Below are positions 9,672 through 18,785 of a stretch of 44,167 nucleotides of DNA, in pieces. Source of the stretch: an uncultured Bacilli bacterium (GTDB lineage: Bacteria; Bacillota_I; Bacilli_A; RF39; UBA660). Made by a program: the position numbers and the translations under genes. Location of the stretch: positions 1-44,167 of the forward strand of contig CANQZD010000045.1 in the NCBI GenBank assembly GCA_947628275.1. The letters run 5' to 3'. Position 1 is the stretch's first letter; each line of letters starts with the position of its first letter. The notes under the pieces are model-generated. The model was not told where the DNA came from and ran no database searches. It was given only the letters and a program-made list of their open reading frames with translations.

Positions 9672-10118
9672 TTTTCTAACTATATAACACTTAATCATTG
9701 CTATTGTAAAAACTAGACCAAGAACAGCACCTAAAATATCATTTCCAATCTGCCAAGTATTCCGAAAATTAGTTGGCACATTAGGATCGATATATATCTT
9801 CGTTTTACTATTAATTTTAGGATAAAACATAATCATATGTAATAATTTTTGACAATGATATGTCTTTCCGTTATACTCATATTGCAAAACTGCATAATGA
9901 TCAACAGAATCACCTTCAGTAATATTTGGAACATGTTCATAACCAATATCTATAACTGTTGCTTCAACTTTAACATAATCTTTAGTATCAATATATATCG
10001 ACACTACATCAATACTAAACATTATAAAAAATAGAAACGAAAATAACATTAAAATTAAAAATATCCATGGTTTTATATTTTTATCTACTTCCATTTTACC
10101 CATTTTAATTTTCATCAT
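9660..10118 (-). CDS. DUF3592-like two-TM membrane protein
   Basis: TM, then VEATVIDI...YEYNGKTY...IYIDPNVP beta domain, then TM. AAGGTGA RBS before ATG 10118. Confidence 0.65.
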   Translation of the reverse strand: MMKIKMGKMEVDKNIKPWIFLILMLFSFLFFIMFSIDVVSIYIDTKDYVKVEATVIDIGYEHVPNITEGDSVDHYAVLQYEYNGKTYHCQKLLHMIMFYPKINSKTKIYIDPNVPTNFRNTWQIGNDILGAVLGLVFTIAMIKCYIVRKKIK

Positions 10119-10205
10119 TTTTATCACCTTTAAAATTCACTATTATATTATCATAAAACATCTATAAAAAAATAGTATTAAACTGAAATTTTAAATCAAC
10201 ATAAA

Positions 10206-10282
10206 TGGTGTCCCAGATAGGGCTTGAACCTACAACCTTTAGCTCCGGAGGCTAACGCTCTATCCAATTGAGCTACTGGGAC
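10206..10282 (-). tRNA. tRNA-Arg (anticodon CCG)
   Basis: GTCCCAG/CTGGGAC acceptor stem, D arm, TTAGC-CT-CCG-GA-GCTAA anticodon arm, GTTCAAG T loop, encoded CCA. Confidence 0.97.
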
Positions 10283-10296
10283 ATAAAGATATTACA

Positions 10297-11343
10297 TTAA
10301 AATAAATGTAATATATCTTGAATGGTAATATAAACCATTAACAACATTAATAAAGCAAAACCTATCAAATTACAAATATTTTCAAATTTGACATTAACTG
10401 GACTTCCCTTAATCTTTTCAACAATCATAAAGAAAATATGACCGCCATCGAAAGCTGGGAAAGGCAAAATATTAATAAACCCGACATTAATACATAAAAA
10501 TGCTGTTATATATAATAATTGAGCAATTCCATATTGAACAGAATCATCAATTACTTTATAAATACCTACTGGCCCAGACAAATTATTTACTGATAACTGA
10601 CCGGTAATTAACCCTCCAATTGTTATGGCCATACTATGAATAATATTGCCGAATTTTGTAAAAGTATATTTAAGACTTCCCCATAAGCCCTTTTCCTCTG
10701 TTGTACTTAAATTAATTCCAAAAACATTCTGCTCCTTACCATCAACAACTTGTTTTTCTGGAACAACTTTGATATTTTCAATATTACCATCTTCATGTCT
10801 AACTTCAAAATCATAAGTATTATTATCAACTTTATAATATAAATAAATTTGACCAACATCCCAATTGGAAATCTTATGACCATTAACAGCTAATATTTTA
10901 TCATTATCTCTTAAGCCAGACCGAGAAGCTGCTGAATTAGGTTCAACCTTTAATATTGTATTAGTAGCTACTTTACTACCCCAAATTAAAGATACAATAA
11001 ATAATAAAATCAATGCTAGTAAAAAATTATTAATAACTCCAGCTGATAAAATAAGCAATCTTTGATACCAAGGCCTATTGCATAAAAATTTTTCTTTAGG
11101 AATTTTACTATCATCTTCATAAACTTCCCCAGCCATTTGTACAAAACCACCTATTGGCAAAGCTCTAATATTATAAAATATTCCATCTTTTCCTTTATGA
11201 GAAAATATAACAGGACCCATTCCTATTGAAAATTCATAAATAAATACTCCTGATTTTTTAGCTGTAATAAAATGACCAAATTCATGAACCAAAATAATAA
11301 TTCCTAAAATAAATATAAATAATAGTAAACTAACAATCCACAT
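10297..11343 (-). CDS. rseP: RIP metalloprotease RseP/RasP
   Basis: HEFGH, GMGP, PIGGFV, PDZ domain and NILPFPAFDGG motifs. Confidence 0.95.
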   Translation of the reverse strand: MWIVSLLLFIFILGIIILVHEFGHFITAKKSGVFIYEFSIGMGPVIFSHKGKDGIFYNIRALPIGGFVQMAGEVYEDDSKIPKEKFLCNRPWYQRLLILSAGVINNFLLALILLFIVSLIWGSKVATNTILKVEPNSAASRSGLRDNDKILAVNGHKISNWDVGQIYLYYKVDNNTYDFEVRHEDGNIENIKVVPEKQVVDGKEQNVFGINLSTTEEKGLWGSLKYTFTKFGNIIHSMAITIGGLITGQLSVNNLSGPVGIYKVIDDSVQYGIAQLLYITAFLCINVGFINILPFPAFDGGHIFFMIVEKIKGSPVNVKFENICNLIGFALLMLLMVYITIQDILHLF

Positions 11344-11354
11344 ATTTTATCCTC

Positions 11355-12149
11355 CTATATAACTTTTAAAAATACATAATATATTAAAATAACAAAAATA
11401 AAACTATCAATTCTATCTAATATTCCCCCATGTCCAGGTATTAATTTCGAATAATCTTTAATTTCATTTTCTCTTTTAATTTTACTAAATATTAAATCTC
11501 CTAATTGTCCCATTATTGATAAAATTAAGCTCATTATAACAATTATTATCATATTACTGCTACCAATAAAAATATAATAGTAACAACTTCCTAACACCAT
11601 TGCCACAAAACTGCCACTTATAAAACCTGCAACCGTTTTAGAAGGACTAATAACTGGAGCAATTTTTCTTTTACCAATTAACGAGCCAACTATAAATGCC
11701 GTTGTATCAGTAATAATTGGAATTAAAAGTAAATAACCAAATAAATAAATATTTAAAGTTCTAACTATTATCATTGAATGAAAAGCTATTCCCAAAAATA
11801 TTACTACGGCAAATAAATAAAAAGCATCCTTTGTTTCATATTTATTCTTACTAATAAATAAAGTTGGCAACAAATAACAAATTAAAATTAAAATCAATAA
11901 TCGATTACTTATACTATATGAGAACTCTCCACCTCGATATTCATAAAAAACGACCCATATCAAAGCTAATACACTAAACAAAGCCAAAGCACTTGGTACT
12001 TTATTATGACTTTTTTTTAAATCAAGAATTTCTTTTAAGGTAAGAACTGATAAAACTGCTATTCCCAATAAAAATACTTCTTTACCAGCTAAAATAATTG
12101 GGACTGCAATTAGTAACATAATTATTGAACTTAATATTCTTTTTTTCAT
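11355..12149 (-). CDS. cdsA: phosphatidate cytidylyltransferase
   Basis: SPSKT, GDL..S.IKR...IKD...IPGHGGILDRID signature. Start ATG 12149 behind AGGTGAGG. Confidence 0.96.
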   Translation of the reverse strand: MKKRILSSIIMLLIAVPIILAGKEVFLLGIAVLSVLTLKEILDLKKSHNKVPSALALFSVLALIWVVFYEYRGGEFSYSISNRLLILILICYLLPTLFISKNKYETKDAFYLFAVVIFLGIAFHSMIIVRTLNIYLFGYLLLIPIITDTTAFIVGSLIGKRKIAPVISPSKTVAGFISGSFVAMVLGSCYYYIFIGSSNMIIIVIMSLILSIMGQLGDLIFSKIKRENEIKDYSKLIPGHGGILDRIDSFIFVILIYYVFLKVI

Positions 12150-12174
12150 TGCCTCACCTACGTCTTTCAATTAA

Positions 12175-12203
12175 AGTATACTCTTTATCTTTAATTTATG
12201 CAA
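12175..12203 (-). promoter_or_regulatory. cdsA sigmaA-type promoter
   Basis: TTGCAT-17 bp-TATACT on the minus strand. Confidence 0.5.
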
Positions 12204-12249
12204 TCTTTTAAAATAAAATTTGACAAAAGAAAAAACATGAAAATTAACT

Positions 12250-12498
12250 TCATGCTATTGAATTAAAATTAATCTTTACTTTGCCTAAATTATTTAAATA
12301 TGCAAAAGCAATTAATAATGTTCTAATACTTGATGCCATTTTACCAGATTTACCAATAACTGCACCCATATCATTTTCACTAACAAAAATATCTACAATG
12401 TTAACTTCATCTTCAATTTTACATTCGACATTAACACTATCAACATCTTTGCAAATACTTTTTACTAAAAACAAAGCATATTGCACTAATTTTTCCAT
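12250..12498 (-). CDS. khpA: KH-domain RNA-binding protein KhpA (YlqC)
   Basis: DMGAVIGKSG KH motif. Directly follows rpsP. Confidence 0.9.
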   Translation of the reverse strand: MEKLVQYALFLVKSICKDVDSVNVECKIEDEVNIVDIFVSENDMGAVIGKSGKMASSIRTLLIAFAYLNNLGKVKINFNSIA

Positions 12499-12779
12499 TA
12501 TTTCACACTCTTCTTAGCTTTAGAATCAGCAAATTTTTTCATAATTCCTTGTTTACTTAAAATATTCCGAACTGTTTCAGTTGGTTGGGCACCTTTACTT
12601 AACCAATATAAAGCTTTTTCTTCATTAACTGTTACTTTAGAAGCATCTTTAATTGGATCATATGTTCCAACAACTTCTAAGAAACGACCATCTCTAGGAC
12701 TTCTCGAATCAGCAGCAACAATTCGATAAAAAGGTTTTGCTTTAGCACCCATTCTTTTTAATCTTAATTTAACGGCCAT
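12498..12779 (-). CDS. rpsP: 30S ribosomal protein S16
   Basis: [28 protein letters not shown]. Confidence 0.99.
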   Translation of the reverse strand: MAVKLRLKRMGAKAKPFYRIVAADSRSPRDGRFLEVVGTYDPIKDASKVTVNEEKALYWLSKGAQPTETVRNILSKQGIMKKFADSKAKKSVK

Positions 12780-12805
12780 ATATGTCCCTCCTTTTTCATG
12801 AATTT

Positions 12806-12834
12806 AATATAACAAAATTTTTTTTAGGTGTCAA
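12806..12834 (-). promoter_or_regulatory. rpsP sigmaA promoter
   Basis: TTGACA(12834-12829)-17 bp-TATATT(12811-12806) with TGn. AAAGGAGG RBS downstream. Confidence 0.7.
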
Positions 12835-12864
12835 TATTTTTTAGTTGACAGTATTTTTTTGCTT

Positions 12865-14136
12865 TTAACTCCAATCTTTTAAATAGGTAACAATCGTATG
12901 AGCTTTAATTGTATCTTTAACTACCTTATCTTTGATAACTAAATTTATTTCTTTATCTACATCTGTTGAGTTTAAAATTATGATACTTGTCTTTAAATCA
13001 TTTGTAGCAACCACCCCATATAAAGAATTATCATATAAACTAATTTGATTAATAATATCCCCTTCTTTAATAAATTTAGAAATATGTCCAAAATAATAAT
13101 ATATAGGCGTTTTAATAAAATCTTTTTCATCTTCACTTAAAATAATAGGACTTTTACAAAAATTATTTTGATGATTAGGCCCGCCGTGATAATCTAGTAA
13201 TATATTCCAATCAAGATAAATATTCATTCCATTATTTAAGTCACTTATTAAATCCACAAGTAACATTTCGGCATCATTTACCCATTCTCTTTCATTATAG
13301 ACAGAAAAACAACAACAACCTTCTGAGTGCATAAGTAATAAATCAGGATATTTTTCATGAATTAATCTTAAATTAGTTGCATGAATACCAGTATACCAAT
13401 GATATGCAACTCCCATTATTTTTTCATTTTGCCTATAAAGTTCATTCACGAGATTATATAAATCTTCTTTATTATGGTCCCATAAAAATACTGAAACATT
13501 ATCTAACCTAGGCAATAAATAATTGTAAATAAAATCTTTTTGTTCAGCTAAGGTAAAACAACATGATTCCCAACTTTGCCTAGCCATTGGCTCATTTTGC
13601 ATCGTAAGATATTTTATATCAATTCCCTTTTCTTTAAAAGTTTTAATAAAATTAAGTAAATAATTTACATAATCATCATAATATTTTTTTAATAACTTGC
13701 CTCCATTTTTTAAACTCTTATTATCCTTCATCTTAGCTGGTGGTGACCATGGAGTTGCTAAAAAATTTAAATCTTTAACAGCCAAAATATCTTTAACAAA
13801 AGGTATTATATAAACTTTTTCATGACTAAAATCAGTAGTTTCATAAGAATTAAGACAAAAATCATTACTACCTATTGCTAATCTAGCCCATGAATAATCT
13901 AGTCCATCTCTACTATAATAAGCCTCTATAAATTCTTGTTTTTTCAAATCACTTAATTTATTATAATTAATTGCGCTTGCTTCAGTCAAAGCTCCACCAA
14001 AGCCTTTAAACACTTGCTCTTTAATATCCGGATATCCTCTAATAATATTAAATTCTTCATTACAATTTTCTTCTTCCCTAATTACCGATTTTTCCCAATA
14101 TTTATTTAAAGCTATATTTGTCTCATATTTAAGCAT
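12865..14136 (-). CDS. glycoside hydrolase family 30 (glucosylceramidase-like)
   Basis: GFGGALT, PWSPP, QNEP (acid/base Glu), HWY, SEGC (nucleophile Glu), DWN and GGPN motifs. No signal peptide. Confidence 0.9.
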   Translation of the reverse strand: MLKYETNIALNKYWEKSVIREEENCNEEFNIIRGYPDIKEQVFKGFGGALTEASAINYNKLSDLKKQEFIEAYYSRDGLDYSWARLAIGSNDFCLNSYETTDFSHEKVYIIPFVKDILAVKDLNFLATPWSPPAKMKDNKSLKNGGKLLKKYYDDYVNYLLNFIKTFKEKGIDIKYLTMQNEPMARQSWESCCFTLAEQKDFIYNYLLPRLDNVSVFLWDHNKEDLYNLVNELYRQNEKIMGVAYHWYTGIHATNLRLIHEKYPDLLLMHSEGCCCFSVYNEREWVNDAEMLLVDLISDLNNGMNIYLDWNILLDYHGGPNHQNNFCKSPIILSEDEKDFIKTPIYYYFGHISKFIKEGDIINQISLYDNSLYGVVATNDLKTSIIILNSTDVDKEINLVIKDKVVKDTIKAHTIVTYLKDWS

Positions 14137-14187
14137 TATCTAAATCACCTATAAATAATATACTTTAAAATCTTAAAAAAAAGAAGT

Positions 14188-14727
14188 CTAAACTTCTTCT
14201 GTTGGATTTTCTAAATAATTATCATTTACTTCATCAATACTATCTATTTCATCTTCACTTATCATTTCTTCATAATCATCTTCCATATCTTCAATTGGAA
14301 CTTTAATTTTTGTATCGCCAACAATTTCTACCCCAAGTTCTTTATCAACATCTAAAATAATATTACCATTTTCAATATTAACATTACTAACTGCAGGTTG
14401 TTTTAAACTTCTAACCATTATCTCTGATGAATTTGTTAAAGCTTGATTACTCTTAAGAGGAACCTGATATAATTCATGGTAACTAAATCTTTTAGAATTA
14501 ACCTTAGTTTTAGTATCATTATCATAACTATACCAAACATTAACATCAAAAGTTCCATCAACTCCTACCTTACCAGCTTGATTCATTCCTTTAAAATTAT
14601 GGTTAATTACCCAGCAACCTAAAACTGTATTAATATTTTCATCAGGGGTTAAAGATAAATGAAGTGTATTAGCCTTTTTAGCCTTTCCAACTACTGCTTT
14701 CGTTACAATTTCCTTATAATTTGCCAT
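14188..14727 (-). CDS. cotE: outer spore coat morphogenetic protein CotE
   Basis: YKEIVTKAVVGK, LGCWVINH, DVNVWYSY..TKT, EIVGDTK and acidic C-terminal tail. Confidence 0.92.
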   Translation of the reverse strand: MANYKEIVTKAVVGKAKKANTLHLSLTPDENINTVLGCWVINHNFKGMNQAGKVGVDGTFDVNVWYSYDNDTKTKVNSKRFSYHELYQVPLKSNQALTNSSEIMVRSLKQPAVSNVNIENGNIILDVDKELGVEIVGDTKIKVPIEDMEDDYEEMISEDEIDSIDEVNDNYLENPTEEV

Positions 14728-14745
14728 AAATATTCACCTCTAGTT

Positions 14746-14775
14746 TAATCTATGCCAAATGTCCCAAAATTGTGC
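14746..14775 (-). promoter_or_regulatory. sigmaK-type promoter of cotE
   Basis: Minus strand GCACA-16 bp-CATAGATTA, matching the sigmaK consensus AC-N16/17-CATAnnnT. Confidence 0.65.
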
Positions 14776-14823
14776 TTTAATTAACTAAAATTTAATGTTA
14801 AAATAAAACTAGGAGGAGTATAA

Positions 14824-15186
14824 ATGGATTGTTTATTTTGTAAAATTCTTAATAAAGAAGTACCAAGTAATATTTTATATGAAGATGATTTAGTCTTAGT
14901 TTTCTTAGACATTAATCAAAGTAATGTTGGTCATACTCTAGTTATTCCTAAAAAACACATCGTTGATATCAAAGAAGTAGATGACTATACTTTAACTCAC
15001 ATGATGAAAGTTGCTATTAATATTAGCGAAAAAATAATGTCTAAACTTAAAGCTAGTGGTATGACTTACAGTATTAACTATAAAGACGCCCAAGAAATTA
15101 AGCATCTTCATTTACATATTTGTCCTTATTACAATAATAAGCCTCAAAAATTAAGCGCTGCAGAAATTTACCAAATTTTAAAGTAG
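14824..15186 (+). CDS. HIT family nucleotide hydrolase
   Basis: DCLFCKI, GHTLVIPKKH and HLHLH triad. AGGAGG RBS. Confidence 0.93.
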   Translation: MDCLFCKILNKEVPSNILYEDDLVLVFLDINQSNVGHTLVIPKKHIVDIKEVDDYTLTHMMKVAINISEKIMSKLKASGMTYSINYKDAQEIKHLHLHICPYYNNKPQKLSAAEIYQILK

Positions 15187-15194
15187 CGTTTTTT

Positions 15195-15968
15195 TTATTT
15201 TATCTGTAAAGCATCAATCTCACGACCATAAATCCCAGCATAACCATTAGCTGTATCATCAACTTTATTAACCCAAGAAAGCCACGAACCACCTTTTAAA
15301 TGAACCCGATAAGTAACATCTCTTATTTGTACGCCATCTATTGCATTACCTAATATTCCTGCATAATCATTTCGATTTTTAACCCAAGGAAGCCATCTAT
15401 TTAATACTTTATCATGAACTCTTAAATCATAAGTATCTAAATATATTCCACCCATTGAATTTCCATAATTTCCAGCGTACTGATTAGTTCCAATAACTAC
15501 ATTCGGTAACCATATTTTTTTCTTATTATCATAAGATTGATAAGTTATCACTCTATCATCATTTGGCAAATTATGGTCTAAGTAATAAGTTGGATTAATA
15601 ACCTGATTATTAGGATTTCTAACCTCGAAATGCAAATGAGCTCCATAAGCATTGCCACTGTCACCCATATAACCTATCTTATCGCCTTCATTAACCCTCA
15701 TACCATTTCTAACATAGACATCTTTCAAATGAGCATATAAAGTATAATAACCATTATCATGCTTTATTTTAACATAATTACCATAACTTCTAACTCCTGT
15801 TGCTCCCTTTTCATTTTTCATACCCGTCTGTGTCAAAATAACAATTCCCCCGCTATGAGCAATGATTGTATCTAACTGATTATATTTTTTAACAACATCA
15901 ACCCCAGTATGATTATTACCAAAAGCATTTGTTATTTGATTTTCGGCTTTTAATAAAACTCTACTCAT
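15195..15968 (-). CDS. M23 peptidoglycan endopeptidase with three C-terminal Trp-containing (ChW-like) repeats
   Basis: HTGVD, YGN, YAHL and HLHFE motifs. Repeats WLPNV..YAG / WLPWV..YAG / WLSWV..YAG. No signal peptide. Confidence 0.85.
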   Translation of the reverse strand: MSRVLLKAENQITNAFGNNHTGVDVVKKYNQLDTIIAHSGGIVILTQTGMKNEKGATGVRSYGNYVKIKHDNGYYTLYAHLKDVYVRNGMRVNEGDKIGYMGDSGNAYGAHLHFEVRNPNNQVINPTYYLDHNLPNDDRVITYQSYDNKKKIWLPNVVIGTNQYAGNYGNSMGGIYLDTYDLRVHDKVLNRWLPWVKNRNDYAGILGNAIDGVQIRDVTYRVHLKGGSWLSWVNKVDDTANGYAGIYGREIDALQIK

Positions 15969-16062
15969 ATAAAAAACCTTCTTTCTAAAAGTATTTTATG
16001 AACTTTTAGTAAAAAAGGCCGTTTATTTATCACAAAATAAATAATTTTGCATATAAAAAAAC

Positions 16063-16266
16063 TTATTTATGTTCTTTTACTTCAATAAGTCCCTTTTCTA
16101 ATTCTTCCAATGCCCTTCCAATTGTCCGCTTATTCACATACTCATTTTCATTTAACTGATAATGATCTTTTTCTAACATTTGCTTACTTCTAATTGATGC
16201 TACATGAACTAATTTGTATTTAGAATCAACAATATTAAGAAGTTTATCAATTGAAGGATATAACAT
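16063..16266 (-). CDS. rpoZ: RNA polymerase omega subunit
   Basis: MLYPSIDKLL..DSKY.LV...RALEE. Confidence 0.93.
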   Translation of the reverse strand: MLYPSIDKLLNIVDSKYKLVHVASIRSKQMLEKDHYQLNENEYVNKRTIGRALEELEKGLIEVKEHK

Positions 16267-16375
16267 ATCAACCACTTCCTTACATTAATATCATACTAAA
16301 TAATCTTACTTTTAGACAATCATTGTCTTAAAATTTTGACAATTTATTGACATATAAATTAAAAAGATGAATTAA

Positions 16376-16765
16376 TCATCTTCTTATCATAACCTCATAA
16401 GGCTGCAAAAATTCAAAACCTGGAATATTTCTTAAAATTCCATAAACCATAAATATGCCTATTAAAATATACCAAATATTTGGTTCAAATCTTTCTAAAA
16501 AAGGATTTTTCTTTCTTTTAGACGCGATAATAACATCTAAAAAATACCAAACAACAAACGGAATTAAAATAAATAACAAAGGATTATAACGAAAAGCTTG
16601 ATAAAAATTACCCTTTACTAAACTAATTATCATCCTTGTAATCCCACAACCAGGACAATATAAATGAGTTAATTCATATATTGGACATTTTAAATAAAAA
16701 TTAAAATAATGACCTACTAAAAAATACCCAGCAACTAATCCTATTCCAGCTAAATTTTTTTTCAT
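16376..16765 (-). CDS. DUF2752 family membrane protein
   Basis: CP....H.YCPGCGITR, AFRYNP and ILRN motifs. Confidence 0.85.
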   Translation of the reverse strand: MKKNLAGIGLVAGYFLVGHYFNFYLKCPIYELTHLYCPGCGITRMIISLVKGNFYQAFRYNPLLFILIPFVVWYFLDVIIASKRKKNPFLERFEPNIWYILIGIFMVYGILRNIPGFEFLQPYEVMIRR

Positions 16766-16767
16766 TT

Positions 16768-17121
16768 TTAAACAGTTTTCTTAAGAGCAATTGTATTAAT
16801 GTCATTTTGCATTATACAATAATTAACAAGTCCTAAACCAAAAATTTGTAAAATAATATAAAGTAAAGAATTATCATCAGCTGGAAGACCATTATCAGCT
16901 TTAGCTTTTAAAAGAGCCTTTCCCATTAAATATGCCCAATAATAACCATATATTCCACAAGTTATTAAAGTTAGTAAAAATGCTTTTCCTCCTGATAATC
17001 TTTCATCATTACTTAGTACTCTTGTATCATCAGTTAAACTTATAAACCAAAAAATAGCATAAATTCCACAAGTAAAAATACTAAGTAAAATACAAGTAAC
17101 AATATTTCTTTTAACAACCAT
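16768..17121 (-). CDS. DUF4234 family membrane protein
   Basis: Duplicated LS/TxxTCGIY..W motif and Q.DIN. Typical neighbour of DUF2752. Confidence 0.8.
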   Translation of the reverse strand: MVVKRNIVTCILLSIFTCGIYAIFWFISLTDDTRVLSNDERLSGGKAFLLTLITCGIYGYYWAYLMGKALLKAKADNGLPADDNSLLYIILQIFGLGLVNYCIMQNDINTIALKKTV

Positions 17122-17187
17122 CTTCTATAAACTCCTTTCTCACTAATAATATATCATATTTTTCTTATCTTGCAAGAAAAAAGAACC

Positions 17188-17520
17188 TTAAAGTTCTTTC
17201 AATTTTTCTTCCATCCATATTGGTAGTTGCTTTTTTAAAGGAGCAAAACCATGGTCAATCAAAATTTCTTTATCCATTGCATATTCAGTATTTTTAATAC
17301 TACACTTCATTTGCTTCAAATTTTCATCAATTTCTAATATAACACATGGAATTACGTCCCCTAATTGGGCATAATCTCCAACATTTTTTACAAAATGCTC
17401 ACTTAGCTCAGAAATATGAATTAAGCCTGTATAACCATCATCAAAAGTAACAAAAATTCCATAATTTTCTAAACCAGTAACGGACCCGTATGCAACATTC
17501 CCAATTTGATACGTTTCCAT
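17188..17520 (-). CDS. S1-domain RNA-binding protein (YugI/GSP13/CvfD-like)
   Basis: G.VTG...YG.FV...GLIHISE S1 motif and C-terminal GF.PLK..LP.W. Start ATG 17520. Confidence 0.88.
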   Translation of the reverse strand: METYQIGNVAYGSVTGLENYGIFVTFDDGYTGLIHISELSEHFVKNVGDYAQLGDVIPCVILEIDENLKQMKCSIKNTEYAMDKEILIDHGFAPLKKQLPIWMEEKLKEL

Positions 17521-17604
17521 CTTGCTCACCGACAACATTATATCACGATTTTTCCTTTACAACAAATAAAATAACTTTTATAATGTCTATGAGGTGACTA
17601 CTGT

Positions 17605-17838
17605 ATGGATAAAACAATTAATAAAATCAAAGACCTATTAGATGATATCCGCCCTTTTCTTAATATGGAAGGTGGCGATTTAGAATTTTTAAAATATGAA
17701 GATAATTATGTTTATATTAAACTTTCTGGCGCATGTGCTAACTGTGACTATCAAGATGTAACTATTAAAGAAAATATTGAAAGTTATTTAAAAGAAGAAA
17801 TCCCCGAAATCATCGGAGTCATCAGTGTTAATTTGTAA
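17605..17838 (+). CDS. NifU/Nfu-type Fe-S carrier (YutI-like)
   Basis: IRPFL..EGGD and GACANC (CxxC) motifs. Confidence 0.9.
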   Translation: MDKTINKIKDLLDDIRPFLNMEGGDLEFLKYEDNYVYIKLSGACANCDYQDVTIKENIESYLKEEIPEIIGVISVNL

Positions 17839-18745
17839 GCCAATCAATTTTTTCAATTTGCCCATAAAAAGCTATTATTTCATAACTTTTCTTTAAAAAT
17901 TCCTCAATTTGGGGAATTTTTTCCATTATCGTAATTAAACAATCTTCACTAACATCATAATTCATCACATTTTCATATAAATCAAAATAATAACTTGGAT
18001 AAATTAATCTTGCATATAACAAACTTAAAGAATATAAATCTAACTTTCGAATCTTTAAATATGTTTGTAAATCTATCAAAGCATCATCAACCGAAACCAA
18101 AGCTTCATTTTTTAAATATTCAGCAATATCTCTAACTTCCCAATCAAAAATTAAATTTAACGGATTATCATAATTCAAATGTTTATTAGGATAATAAACC
18201 CGTTTGTGGCATAAAACTAATTTATTATTAATCGGTTTTAAAGTAGCATTAACTTTATTAACATAACTTATAGCATTTTCTCCAAGACCTGCAAAATAGC
18301 CAAAAGTATTAATAACAACTTTTTTATCTTTTCCTAATTCACCAATTTGATATTCAAAATAATCAATTTTAATACTCCAGAGCCTACCCCAATCTGGTCT
18401 TTCCAAAGATTTATTTTGCAAATTAATAGGTAACATATCCCATATTTTTAACATATCTAATATTGAATATTCCTCAAAAGGATTAGTTAAAGAAAGTAAC
18501 ATATAAGGTTCATTATTATCTAAAATCGTTAATGATTGAAAAACAGTTGGAATAATTTGATGAACAGGATAATTTTTATTAACCAACTCTTGATAAAGCT
18601 TCATTAAATCATTTAATTCAACTAAATTTCTCTTAACCTTAGTTAAATAAAAAAACTGATTATCAATTTTAAAAGAATAATAATTTATTCCTTCCTTAAG
18701 TTCTTCAACATTAATTTTATATTCATATTCAATTTTCTCTTTCAT
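17828..18745 (-). CDS. yutH: spore coat kinase-like protein (YutH/CotS family)
   Basis: W..LW..KID, Y..GLGENAISY, LCH.R, NP...D..VRDIAEY and YARL.YP motifs. Adjacent to yutI-like gene as in Bacillus. Confidence 0.75.
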   Translation of the reverse strand: MKEKIEYEYKINVEELKEGINYYSFKIDNQFFYLTKVKRNLVELNDLMKLYQELVNKNYPVHQIIPTVFQSLTILDNNEPYMLLSLTNPFEEYSILDMLKIWDMLPINLQNKSLERPDWGRLWSIKIDYFEYQIGELGKDKKVVINTFGYFAGLGENAISYVNKVNATLKPINNKLVLCHKRVYYPNKHLNYDNPLNLIFDWEVRDIAEYLKNEALVSVDDALIDLQTYLKIRKLDLYSLSLLYARLIYPSYYFDLYENVMNYDVSEDCLITIMEKIPQIEEFLKKSYEIIAFYGQIEKIDWLTN

Positions 18746-18765
18746 ATTAAATTATATGAAAAAAA
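18740..18765 (-). promoter_or_regulatory. CATAnnnT (sigmaE/K-type -10) leaderless start module, copy 1
   Basis: TTTTTTT-CATATAAT-TTAAT-ATGAAA with no SD sequence. 25/26 identical to 21622-21647. Confidence 0.6.
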
Positions 18766-18785
18766 TCTAAGAAAAATCTTAGATT
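18764..18785 (-). terminator. intrinsic terminator
   Basis: AATCTAAGA-N4-TCTTAGATT hairpin followed by a T run on the minus strand. Confidence 0.65.

Noticed and set aside
9660-10282. tRNA-Arg as an integration site
   Set aside because: No integrase and no duplicated tRNA 3' end seen. Only one small gene lies downstream.
15195-15968. Prophage endolysin remnant
   Set aside because: No holin or other phage genes. Flanked by HIT and rpoZ.
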